From Oikopleura dioica (Eukaryota; Animalia; Chordata), in the NCBI GenBank assembly GCA_907165135.1, contig OU015569.1, positions 9,858,001 through 9,922,000 on the forward strand: 64,000 bases of DNA, written 5' to 3'. The translations under genes and the position numbers were made by a program. Under the pieces are notes generated by a model that was not told the DNA's origin, searched no databases, and worked only from the letters and a program-made list of their open reading frames with translations. Of the stretch, positions 13,709 through 27,081 are shown in pieces; position 1 is the first letter of the stretch, and every line of letters begins with the position of its first letter.

Positions 13709-15331
13709 TCAGCTTGGCTGCGCGCGAATGCCCTTTGTGTCAGGATGGTCTGAGGGACGAGGCGACTTGGCGCTTGCTGCGCGATCATTTGAAACGTTGC
13801 TTTTTGGCTCTTCGTCAATCTACGTAAGCTATTGATTAAAAGAAAGAAGGTTATTGAGTAGAATCTACCGAGCTGTCGGACTCATCGGATGAGGAATCAT
13901 CATCGGAAGAACTTGAAGAGCTCGAGTCAGAAGAGTCACTAAATTCGGTGTCAGTTGTCGCCCAATGGACTGAATGGGGTCAAATAGGGAAAAACTCAAT
14001 ATATTTAATCATTTGAAATTTAACCCTAGCTAGGAGACCCTGGAAGAGTAACCTTTCATATCCCGTCGGAGCATTGGTGTCAATCTTTTGCGCCATTTGC
14101 CAGACATCGGGCCGCTTTTGCGCAAGAATTCTTATCCATTTTCGCGAGAGCTTTGGACGACCACGGACTGTTTTTGGCCAGACGATGTGGAAATTAGTAA
14201 CAGAGCAGAAGTTCTGAGTCACAGCGATGGTGTTCGTCATGTTTACAACAACATGCCACCATCCACCAGGGACAAACATAGTCTCCCCCGGCTCTTGAAT
14301 ACATTCAATGATTGGATACTCGTTGCGTTCTTTCAACTTAGGAAGCCACTTAAAGAATTTGCTGAGAAGATGTCAGGATTTCAGTAAGTTACCTTCTCAA
14401 ACCAAGTGACTGCTTCATCATTCTGTTTTCCTCCAATAAACTTCGGGACTTTGACGTAGTCTTTTGGAGCGCTCTTGGGTATGAATGCCCATCTCTTGTA
14501 CCCCTGAACTAATATTGAAAGTGAACTCAGAAGAAATTTAAAAACCTGGACGAGTGTGTTCCAGGCAGATGTTCCAAGAGGATCTTGATGAATACCAGTT
14601 CCAGATCGAGCCGGGCCCATAACGAACCAGCGATATGGCGGTCGTCGCTTTTCCCCTGCGTACCGGAAAAGATCGTCTTCGAAATATTTTGGAATGCAGT
14701 AGTCTTCTAGCAGTCGCTTTCGCTTAGAATGCTCGCCATAGTTTGAGTCAAAAATGTACAGCGGGGAATCGTCCTAAATCGAAGCTACTTCACAAAATTT
14801 GCATCTGCTAGTTGAACCTTTGTTTCATTCATATACTGCATGTAGTATTTGACTTTCATCTTGACAGAGTATCTTTGACATGGGATGAGGAGGCTGTTTG
14901 ATAGTGAGGCGCCAACAGGAGTCGCCAAGATTCTCAATCATCCCTTTCCCATCGTCATCCTCGCCGCATTTGAACTTTTGGTTGCGATACTTTTTGAGAA
15001 TACGCGCAAATGTCCATTTTTCTTGCGCCAGCCAGCCTTCAGTAACACCAGTAATCACAACTGGTTTCTCGGTCTTCTCCCACTTGTCGCGAAACTCGTC
15101 AACACTAACTTCGTTGTACGCGATTCTGGAGAGGCCATCGCGCGATTGTACCTTCTTGATCTCTTCGTAGTAGTCGAGGTCTGAGTAGCGCTCCCTGATC
15201 CAGCAGGACCAGTCATCTTTCTTGCACAGCTCAGGGCGAGCAGCTTTCTTCGCTGCACGAATACGTCTCTCAGACTTTCTGTGAACGGGGCGGCGTCGCA
15301 CCCGGTCTCGGTCAGCCCCCATCATCGACAT
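13709..15331 (-). CDS. JMJD6: JmjC-domain protein 6 (lysyl hydroxylase / arginine demethylase)
   Basis: [80 protein letters not shown] and the poly-Ser tail [15 protein letters not shown]. Confidence 0.97.
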
Positions 15332-15589
15332 TCTGGTAGACTTCCGATAAGAACACAACGTTAACCGATGACAAGTTTATTTTTGGAGGCATTTAGAATT
15401 TTGATCTATTTTATTTTGGACATGAGCGTGATGAATTTACTAACTGGTAAACGTAGAAATAATCTGACAGTAAGAATCTTTAGGGTGTTTTGGTCGAATA
15501 GGAAACAGGGGTCGGTTCTTGGCAGTCTTTGTCAAGAACGTCAGAAACATTGTCTGACGTTCAAAATCGACAGCTTTGTCGGCGATTTT

Positions 15590-16230
15590 CTATTTTCGGG
15601 AAGAGCTCTTGGCGCCGGGAAGACCGCCTCGAACGAAGGCCCAGTCGACCTAGTGAACAGATGAGCATCAAGATCGGTTAACGAGGACTTACTTCGATTT
15701 TTTGTTCGAACAGTTCGGATCCATGAAGAGTCTCCATGGCGTTCTGTGCCTCCTTGAACATTTCGTATTCGATGAGGGCGTATCCCTTGAATTGCAAATT
15801 AGAAAACAGGATATCAAAGTGAAGTTACCTTGAGGAAACCGGTTCGGCGATCGAGATTCAAGTTAAGATTCTTGATCTCGCCGAACTCTGAGAACTTGTC
15901 GAAAACCTAAAGTTTAGGTAGAAAAGCCGTCAACTTTTGACGCAATAACCTCGTCTTCCGAAGCTTCCTCGTGGATTCCAGTGACGAAGAGAATCCAGCC
16001 TTCGACGGATCGTTGCGGGCCGGGCTCGTCTCCATCCTGTTCCATAGTCTCGTAGTCAACGTCCTCTCGCTTTACGATATCGTCGATTCCTCGACCCTGA
16101 AAAGGGTCTATTTTCCCAACCTATCATCAGCTCAAAATACCTTCTTTCTCGAAGCTCGCTTCTTGATATCATGGACGACATCCTCGTCAGAGTAATCGTC
16201 CTGACCTCCGTGAACGTCGAGCTCGTCCAT
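15590..16230 (-). CDS. RBM8A: exon-junction-complex subunit Y14
   Basis: [40 protein letters not shown], final exon DWAFVRGG. Confidence 0.96.
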
Positions 16231-16384
16231 AATTCAAGCTACCGGATCTAATAAGACAATGATTGAAACACAGAAATAAAGTTTTTTTCTCAGTGTATTC
16301 AGGCCGCTCAGTTCAAAGTAATACAGAAGCGATGTAGAACAGTAATAGTTTCTGAAGAGCAGCGCTTGAATCCACGTCCACGAT

Positions 16385-17018
<634 letters not shown>

Positions 17019-17692
17019 TTTGAATTGATCCGAAGTTCAAGTCTAAATTCTCAAATAGTTACTTTCTTTTAAAAAGATCTCTGAAGGAGTAGAAAGTCGG
17101 TCTTTTTCGGAGTAAGTAGTGGAATTTCTGAAGATAGAAAAAATAGTGAAAAGTGGTGTCACGCGCCACTGTTGGTTGGACGCGCGTCGTTGCGTGGGCG
17201 CCCTGCTCGCTGAGGACTTTTGCTGGAAGAAATTTACTATTGCTGAAGCCAGCATGCTTGTCTCATTAGTACCCTACAAAACCTAAAATCTTTCGCGTAT
17301 TTCTCAGTTGCCATGTCAACGAAAACACTTCCACGAGAAGCCTGTGTTAATTAATGATGGAAAAACCATGCTTTTCTGATCGGTTTATATTCATTTGTAC
17401 CAAAGCTATTTACAAGGCGAAAGCGGGTCGACAGTAAATTTGAAACGCTGTCTTTGCACTGTGAATTATATTTATTTGCAGCTTATACAACGATTAATTT
17501 AACGATGAGTATAATAACGAGGAGACTGCGTCGAATATGCAGTGAGGTAATGTAAGAATAGTGAAATGATGGATGAAATTGATGAGTTGTATTGGTGTGG
17601 AAGCTGAAATATAAGACTGAGGTGATGAGAAATACGAAATTTACAAATAAAAGAAGTTTTCAATGGGAGAATGTAATTTTTAGCATGTTCTT

Positions 17693-20600
17693 TTAGCAAT
17701 AGAACATGGTCTTGTAGAGTCGGCTGATAGTCTTCTTTTCAGACTGTGGTTGGTCTTCAAATTTGTACTTGCCGTCGAGGATTTCCGGCAGCTGCTCCAA
17801 CTGTTGTCGCTAAAGTGTGATTTGATAGGTTTAAGCATAAGAATGTCATGGCTTACTTTTCGTTCATCGGAAATGTAGTCTTTTGCCACTTTGAAGTAAG
17901 TTCGTGCTCGATCGGTGGCGAGACTAGCGTACATCAAGGCATTCGGTCGGGAAACAGTTCGGTTGCATCGAACGTAGCCATGGCACAGGTAGTAGCACAG
18001 GCCTTCGACGGAATCAGCAGACAAGTTGTTTTCGTCTTTACAGACAATGTACTTAGCCGGAATCGACGTACCTGAAGGTCATTTTTGAAATGGTCCTTTT
18101 TGATAATTGACAACATTACCTTGGATGCCTTGGGAAGACTGAAGATAGAAGTCGAAGCGCTCCCGATCGACAATCGAAGTATCGACAACAGTGCCAGCGG
18201 GAACATTTTGCGACTTGCCGATCTGGTAGGTGGGATCCATAGCCACCATGCGAGTTGCATGGTTTTTTGTCACCATGATGAAGGTGATCTTGGGTTCGTA
18301 GTCGTCCTGCAGCTCTTTACAAGCACTCTTGATCGCATAGTACTCGTGCGCGACAGTTCCATTGATCTGGTGTTCGTTCACAGCTGTGCGAATGAAGATG
18401 ATGGCTTTTGGCTTCTGTCGAGTGATCTTGTAATAGGTGCGCAGCGCATCAACTTCAAGCCTTTCCAAGTCTTTCATGAGATTGGGAGTGTCAGTGGTCT
18501 CAACATGCTCAAAGTAGCTCGTGGCGTTGGGATCAAAAGACGTTGTCAAACCGAGAATTGATTTTTGCCCAGGCATAACGTTAGTCTCGAGTCCTAAAAT
18601 TAAAATTTACTACTTATCGCTGCATTTCTTGATTTTACCTTGCACCATAACAGGAAAGTCGGGAGTGAAAAGAGCTTGCTCGTTGCATGAGTCAAGAAGA
18701 CTGAAGTCAATTGTTGCATTGAAACCACTCAGCTTGGCGTTTATCTTCATCAAGATCATGGAGGCGGACTGGCTGTTGAGTCTCGTCAGTGTTTTCATCA
18801 GAACGCACTGTGTAAGGAGGCCATCCAAGAGTCTTTCTGAGATAAATTTGGTGCGGGCATATTCTAGGCCGTTCTTGTTGTCGAGGACGACCAGGACTAA
18901 CTCGAACTCTTCTTGTCGGCAGAATTTCAAGAATTCTTCGAGCTCGTTGGGACTGATGACGTTTGGCATGTTCTGATAAGCTAGAGGGTGCAGTGTCATG
19001 CCATGCTCATTGGCAGTTCTGTACAAGGTATCCATAGCCCTGTTTACTGTGTCCACCGAGTTTCGTTGGGATCGATGACTGACGATGCAACAGCCCCAAC
19101 GCTTGATCGTAACTGGCTTTATGAATCTGCGAGGGTTCCATGAGCCATTCATGATGTTTTCAACCCTGGAGCATCCGTATTGGAGCGTAGGAGATGGAAG
19201 CACTCGAGCCTCTGCCTTGATCATTGTCTCGCTCACTTTGATGTCAAGATTATCGAACTCTTGTTGGAGCTCGCGCCGTGCTTGTTTCATGCTGTCCTTG
19301 ATCCCATTGAAAGTCTGTGGCGCTGGCTTGGCCGAGACTCTAATCAAGGAGCTGATGGCAGCGGGGTCCAAAACTCCTTATTTTTTTAATAATTGAGTAC
19401 TAATCAGCGTTTTACCTTTAACGGGTTGTTTTGGAATTATTTCGCACATCTCCAACGGAAAGCGCTCTTCATACACTTGACCGTTCGAGTCTGTTCTAGC
19501 TCCGGCAGTCATGCATGGAATACGTGGATACTGAAGTCCTTGTCGATTTGTTGACCGTTTGTAGAAGTAATCTGCGACGTTGGTTTTTGTGCCATCTGCA
19601 AGAGTGAATGTTTCCGACTGGGCACTTCCCCGGGTAATGTCCTTGATCACTTTGATTTTTCCGTTGCTCTTGGTGTTACTGTGGAGCATCACTTTCAGGC
19701 CCTTGAGAACTCTGCACGCTTCTCTTCGTAGGTATTCGTCAGACCAAAAATGCTCGTTGGCAACTTCCTGCTGGAAAATGTCACTGAGGTAGTGAAGAAC
19801 AGGGAGAGACTTGTGAAAGACACCAAGCTTTTCTTTGGGCTGAATAGCGAGGCCGGACTGGACGTGTTTCATCGTGATGTGAAAGCCGGCGAAGACGTCT
19901 TTTCCAGGGATGCGGCAGTCTGCCGGACGAGCTGTCTTGTTTAGAAGATAGAAGCTGTTCTTAACCCGAGTGTAGTCCTAAAAATATAAAATGCAATGCA
20001 ATTCATGATGGATCATTTTACCTTTCTGTAGAGAGAGGCCTTCAAGACGGTTTCAAGCATATGGAGCACCAGTTGGTCATACTGTCCAATATCTTTGTCG
20101 AAAAACAGCGACAAGTCCTTCACCTTCTTGATCCTCACAAGAACATTCTTGTACTTGCAATGATTCGGACGGTCTGGTCTGAAGACAACCATTTCTTGAT
20201 CCTCGATTCTCTCGAGAGTGTAGAAAAGATTGCCGCCGTCGAAGTACATTGGACTTTTTGGAGCCGAAGTCTCAGACTCGGAGGACGAGCTTGAAGAGCT
20301 GCTGGTAGGAGAACCATTAAGATTGTAGACTTGGTTCGCGAACAACTCGAAGAAATTCATGGCTTCTTCATAGTTGAGAATAGGAGGCTTGCCATCAGCA
20401 CGTTCGCAAAGAAGCTCGCTATCAATGCGGTATAGGTAAGCATTTTTCCTGAATTATTTTTTTAACTCGATTTTTAAATACCAGTACACTTACGGCTTCC
20501 CACTCGCAACGTAGAAGTTCGTAGCTACTTGGAATTTTGCGACATTTTTAACCCCGGCGCCAGGTCGCTGAGCCAACTGCATCGTACTGTCCTTCTTGTA

Positions 20601-21098
20601 CTTGTTCTTTTCCAGCTTTGGTAGCGTGGATTGTGAAATGGAAAGCAAGTTTCCTTTCTTACCCAAGATCTTATCATCCGAGGACGATGAGCGTTTTTCA
20701 ACTGGGCATTCGAAGAAACTGTACGCAGACTCGTCGTTCTGGCAAATACTTGAGAGCTTGTCTTCATCAAGAACGCCATGGAACTGTTCAGTTGACTGCG
20801 GTCGACGAGGAGGGACGATTATCCCCCCTCGGCTTCGGGGTCGGCCGCGACCTCGAGATTGAGATCGTCCTCCGGAGCTAGACGAGGTTGAGGTTCCTCC
20901 TGATGTCGGGAGCGATGATTCGCCACTCAGAGGATCGGTGTTGGCGAGAATTCGGGCTCCTCTACCAAGACCTCGTCCAACGCGGGGCCTGTCAGAGAAG
21001 ACTGACCGAACGTCAAGATCGGTGAATGTCGACTCAAGGTCTTCCTCGTCGAAGGGATTGCCGCTAGAGGAGCGCTTCCCACGTCCACGGCCAGCCAT
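17693..21098 (-). CDS. divergent AGO-clade Argonaute (RG-rich N-terminus, PAZ, MID, PIWI; catalytic tetrad substituted)
   Basis: PAZ (NVADYFYKR..LQYPRIPC..FPLEMCEII), MID (YARTK..LTQCV..MKINAKLSGFN), PIWI (PKITFIMVTKNHATRM, VPAGTVVDT, DFYLQSSQGIQG, LCHGYVRCNRTVSRP) and C-terminus KTMFYC*. Confidence 0.93.
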
Positions 21099-21540
21099 AG
21101 TCGTCGTTGTTGTCAGAAAAGAAAAAATCGAAATTTATATTTGGTTCTTAGCAAAAAGTAAGAATGAGCGTTTGCCTCCGCGGCAGCTCTTTATATACTC
21201 GAGATAGATTTATCAAGATTAATATCGAGTTAATATCAACTCAGGAAAATTCAAGCATCTCGATGGAAAGGATCTCCATCGACTCAGATCCGCACGAGCA
21301 TCTTGCAACTATATTTGTTTATTTGGATGTTAATAACTTTTATTGTTCAGCTCGAAATTTCATAAATAAGTTGTTCGTCTCATAACCGAGTTCATCGGGT
21401 TCGCGTCTCCAGCGAGGTAGTGCATGTCTAAAATTGAAACTAATACTCTTCCATGTCTTCAACTCATACCTTTTTCGAAGACCAGATTGAAAGCCTTATT
21501 GATCTTTTTCTCCTGAGTCTGGCTTTATGTTTTCTTGTAT

Positions 21541-23410
21541 TTATGAAGTATTTTTGAAAGATAAGCCATTCCTGAATACTTTCAAAAATCTTTTTCGCGT
21601 CTGTTCACCAGCAAATATGTACAGAATCGGATTTAAAACTGGTGTTAACCATGGAGCCTTTAAACGGATTCATATGTTTTTTGACAATTACTCAATTTCA
21701 TTTGTTTAATTAGACTGTCTGTCAAAAATAATGCTGTCTTGTAACGGTTGCTGTCATTTTTCTGACTTGATGGCCGTCAACTGGTGACCTGAATTCTTCA
21801 CATATTGCAGTGCAAAAATTGCACAAGAAAAGCTTTGAATCCAAACAATGACATCAGTTTATAATATGTTGAACAAGTAGAGTTGTCCATCTCGACGTTA
21901 ATTATATTAAGCAGATGCCAAATTATAACAGGGCACCAGGAAATCTTCTCTTGGCTCAAAAGCACTTTTATCGTCTTGATACATTATTTCATTATTACTG
22001 TCGCATTTGGCCCCTAACAAAATAGCGAACGCAAACAGAAGAACATTTCGTTTGACAGCTTTCTGTGTCTTCTGGAATTGCTGACGCCGTTTGTCAAGGA
22101 AAGGACTCTCGAGGGTGAGTTCGCCCAATGTTGATTGATGCGCTAGACTTGATTTTGACATTGTCTCGAAAGTAAGGATATTACTTTTGAGCTGTCTGAC
22201 GACGCCGATGTTCGCCAAGTAGCTTATTCCGATCGGAAGAATCACGGCCAAGAAAAGCACAATAAGATAATACACTCTCTCGTTTGGTTCCTAGAAAGCA
22301 GATTAATACTAACAAACAATCCATAAGAAAACTTACTTGCTGTCTACATGATTCCACCTCGATCTCGCAGTCTGAATAGGAATCAAGAACGACAGCTTTG
22401 CATTCATCGCGTCCGATTCTTGACCACCGAATTCTACATACTTGACTCGAATGATCATCCGCTTCACCAACAATGAACACATCCGCGTACACAAAGATCG
22501 GCACCGTGAATAATGCAGCAAGAATCTCTTTTGGCTCTACATTTATGCTCTTCATTTAAAATCAAGTTCGATCATTTGATATTTACGAAGCTAGTTATTC
22601 GAATTATCTGGGGAAGTAAATTTTTGACGATAATTGACCGTCCCCCGAGAACTCACTTATCAGAAGCTTACAGTTAATTAGGGCATTGCAGTCATTTCAG
22701 ATATTTGCAGATCCTTCCCCAAGCAAAAAGTCCGATCTTCTTGTAAGTGGAAACGGAGTACGAAGACCAACTTGTCAACGATGAATACCGCACAACAGCT
22801 GTCATTGTCACATTCAACAGCGTTGCTAGCATGCCAAGTTGCTTGACACCGTGATAGTACTTAGGGCAGATTTGAAGTGAACAAAGCAGACATTCAATAC
22901 CTTGCAAAAAATATTCTTGAAGAGGCCGGAGCCAATGTTGAATTTGGAAGTCGAATTCTGGTATTGAAGGTAGATCTTGAATGGTGCATTGATGAGCTTT
23001 CAAAGGGATCAAACTATTCCTTCATTGTTTCAATTAGACTTATTTCGATCCGTGTCAATAAAAGATCAGCTAGAGCAATGTTGATCATTAGAGGTGATGA
23101 GTTAGTTCTTGCATTTAGGGTTCCTGTCATCTAAGAACATCATGCTTAATTCAGTGTGGCATATATTCAACTTACAGTGAGAAGAACATAAATATTAGCG
23201 GTGATTCCAATTACTGTCGCCAATGACAAGCTGACGATACTAACTTGGGACTCGAGGGATAAATCCAAAAACTGAATAGCTCTTCGGAAGTTTTAAGGTT
23301 TTTGGCTTTACCTTTGGGTTGCTTATATTTTCGTAGATACTGTTAAGAAATTCCTGATCAGCCAAATCTGCTTGGGAGAGATTTTGGATCTGCGGATTGA
23401 GCAGATCTCG
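21541..23410 (-). CDS. rhodopsin-like (class A) GPCR, orphan
   Basis: Hand-spliced TM1 ATVIGITANIYVLL, TM2 INIALADLLL, TM3 C..ATLLNVTMTAVVRY, TM4 ILAALFTVPIF, ECL2 Cys (QVCRIRW), TM5 IVLFLAVILPIGISY and TM7 VLNPILYIF (NPxxY). N-terminal NLS/NIS sequons. TM6 exon and 5' end not resolved. Confidence 0.75.
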
Positions 23411-24920
23411 CTAGATTCAAATTAAGTTAATTTGAATGGCAGGACGATGCAGCGTTAATGCGATTAACAAAGCGATTTAGACTTTCTTTCATGTGCACCC
23501 TTACCTGCCCCTTTTGCGTTATTCCATACGTAAAATTGCAAAGACATTTCGCGGCCCACTCTCTAACCATTCTGTTACTAAAATGACCGAAAACTCAAAA
23601 CAAAAACGGCGCGAGGTGGCGTACGTACGCGAACATGCCAGACAGTTCTGAGCCGACTTCGTACGCTTTCTAGGTTCTCATCATCGTATCTGTGCCCTGG
23701 GAAGATTTATGGCTCCATAATGCACAGCTAACAGATTTCTCTCGCGATCCCAGCAGTGTAACTCTCCGCGAGATATACTGATCAGATGGACACAACCATA
23801 TACTAAATTAATTATTTACAAACGAAGCTAAGGTATGCAAGCTAAACTAACAAGGCGGAAAATGTAATTATTATAAGCTTTCCCTTATTGCCTTTGCATT
23901 TAATTTCTAGACAGTCACAAAATGTACTCCGAAAACGCAAGGATGCTCCCTTCTTTGGGGAACTAGAAATACAAAAATGAGACTTGCAAAAACGCGATCC
24001 GTTTTAAAATTGATATCAGACGAACAACTTCGTCAAAACCACTGAAACACTAGCTGGATAATACTAAAGATATCCGCGAATAAGGACAGATTCTGCATAA
24101 AAGATTCCTTGTAGAGTGAACTTAATAACTGCATTCAGAGTTAGATTAATGAATCCAAGAATGAACGACTAACAAGACAAAACAGATAAATTATTCAACA
24201 TTAGTCTTCTTTGTTTTCTAGACAACAGATAATAGTTTGACCCAAGTAATCAGTTTACCTTAGATCTCAGCCAGTCAAAAATGCAAAATATCGAGGAAAA
24301 AACATCAAGACACTGCGAAAATGATCATTTTTTTAAACTGATTTCTCACATCTGCGTCTAAGATTCTTCAGATTGCAAGAATTGACCATTGGATAGCTGT
24401 CGAGAAGCCAAATTTGCCAATGAGTACATTAATTTTAATTAGTTTCCTGAGTCATTTTGTTTCGCATAATTAGGAGGACTGTTCGGACTCGATTCTTCTT
24501 GAAACATAAATGAGATTAAGGCCATGGTTTGATTGTGGACCGTAATTTATGGATCATAGTTGTGATTCATAATTTATAGACAGAAAATTCTTTATGCAAA
24601 TGGTCAAAGTCGATGTTTTCTAGCCAATCAAAATTGAATGGCGAAGATTAATGGTGAATTAATTGCTTTACTAATCATTGTGTTTATTTGTCCCTTTTTA
24701 GATTGCGCCATTGGCAGTTATCCAGCCGGCGCCGACAACGCCCATCACCGCCGGACTTTTTTATTTTTCAATTTTTGAGTTTCTTTTTGGAACAGTTTGT
24801 TTCCGTAATTGAGTTCAAGTATTTTCGCCGCGAGGGCGTGAGAACGTCTATTTGTGAGGCCCACGCTTGGGCACGCCTACTAGTGCTCCTCCCATCTGTT
24901 TCGACTTTTTTTCTTTAGAA

Positions 24921-26904
24921 ATGCTTTCGAGAGTCGCGAGAAAATCATCAAGGGCGGCGGGTGCGATCCCAATTGGTAATTCTTTTATTTACTTTGTAAG
25001 CGAATTGAATTTTCAGCTGTAAATGACCCGATTCTGCCGTACGCGCCGGGCTCTGCAGAGCGAAAAGCGCTCCGAGAGGCGTTGACAAAAGTTGAAAGCA
25101 CCTGCAAAGACATTCCGATCATCGTCGGCGGGGAAGAAATCAGAAATGACAACGTCAAATATCAAGTTTCGCCCTACAACCACTCGCAGAAGATCGCCAA
25201 GTATTACTGGGCGGATAAAGACCTTTTGACGAAGGCGGCCGATGCTGCCGTCGCTGCTCAGGTACAAAGGCCAGCTTACAATTTGCGTGCTAACGAGATG
25301 AACCTAGCATGAATGGGAGCATCGACCACTTCGAGATCGCGTCCAAATCTTCCTCAAAGCTGCCGAAATGATCAAAGGGCCCAAGCGAGCAGATATTTGC
25401 GCGACGACGATGGCCGGCCAGGCCAAAAATGTCATTCAGGTTCGTAATTGAGTATTGAGTTGATGAAACCGCATGTTCACTTCTTCAATCGGCTTTTAGG
25501 CTGAGATCGACGCCGCTTGCGAGCTGATCGATTTCTTCACCTTCAACGCCCAGTCGGCTCTCGAGCTTGAAACCTCTCAGCCGCTCTCGCCCGATGTCGG
25601 AATCACAAACAGAATCTTCTACCGAGGACGAGAGGGCTTCGTCGCTGCCATTTCCCCCTTCAACTTCACTGCCATTGGTGGTAACCTCGCCGGTACCCCT
25701 GCAATGATGGGCAATCCTACTCTCTGGAAGCCAAGTGACACGGCAATCCTTTCCAACTACTTGGTCTACGAAATTCTTCGAGAGTGCGGCCTCCCCGACA
25801 ATATTATTCAATTCGTTCCTGCTGATGGGCCCGTCTTTGGCGAAGCAATTTGCGAGCACCCATACTTGTCTATGGTCAACTTTACGGGATCTGGTAACTT
25901 TCTCAAATCGTAATCATAAACTAGAGTCTCTTAGTTAAAACTTTCCAACATCTGAACATGGAAGTTTCGAAGAACTTGCCCCTTTTCAAGACATTCCCAG
26001 CTATGATTGGCGAGTGTGGCGGCAAGAACTACCACTTCGTCCACAACTCTGCTGATGTGCGTCACGTGGCTGTCGGAACTATTCGATCCGCCTTTGAATA
26101 CTCTGGCCAGAAGTGCTCCGCTTGCTCCAGGTAAAATCCAATATATTTATCTCACTTTGGATAATGAATATTTTAGAGCTTACTTTCCTGCTTCTCGATG
26201 GGCAGAAATTAGAGAGAATCTCTTGTCTATCCATTCGCAGTTGAAGATGGGCACCGTCGATGATTTCTCTATCTTTATGTCTGCAGTCATTGACGAAGCA
26301 TCATTCAACAGAGTATCAGGATATATTGACGCTGCCAAGGCCGATCCCAACTGCGAAATCATCGCTGGCGGCGGATACGACAAATCCAAGGGCTTCTTCG
26401 TCGAACCAACAATCATCCTCACCAACGATCCAAAATGCTTGACAATGCAAGAAGAAATCTTCGGCCCCGTTCTTACTGTATACGTCTACGAAGACGACAA
26501 AATGGACGAAACTATTGAAATCATGAAAGACACTTCTAGTAAGTTTCTCAGTTCCCGACAGTGTTTAATTGACATGTTTAGTTTACGCTCTTACTGGTGC
26601 TATTTATTGCGAAAAAGAATCTCTTGTTCAAGAATTGACGATGAAACTTCGCCAAACTGCCGGAAACTTTTATATCAATGACAAAGTAAGCCAAGATCTT
26701 TTGAAAAGATGCTTTCATAATAATCTTCAGTCTACCGGTTCTGTGGTTGGCCAGCAATGGTTTGGTGGAGCTGCCAAGTCAGGAACCAACGACAAGGCAG
26801 GCGGCCCTCTCTACACCTCTCGCTTCGTCTCTCCACAAGCAATCAAGCGCACTCACTTTCACATCAAGGACTGGGCCTACCCGTCCATGTCCCAGGAAGA
26901 ATAA
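24921..26904 (+). CDS. ALDH4A1: delta-1-pyrroline-5-carboxylate dehydrogenase, mitochondrial
   Basis: EIDAACELIDFF, EGFVAAISPFNFTAIGGNLA, WKPSD, catalytic GECGGKN and SGQKCSACS, EEIFGPV, GNFYINDK, QQWFGG..SGTNDKAGG. Confidence 0.97.
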
Positions 26905-27081
26905 ATTTTCCGAATAGTCAAAATTCATAAAAAAAACAGCAAAAAATACCTACCGTCTGTCAATTCTATATTCAACCCATTCTGTATGTTCCGTTTGTTT
27001 CACAAGCTAAATAATAATAAACCAAGTTGCAGTCGATCTCATCAGTTTTTGTTCAGTATGAAAAAATAGTAATAAAAGACA

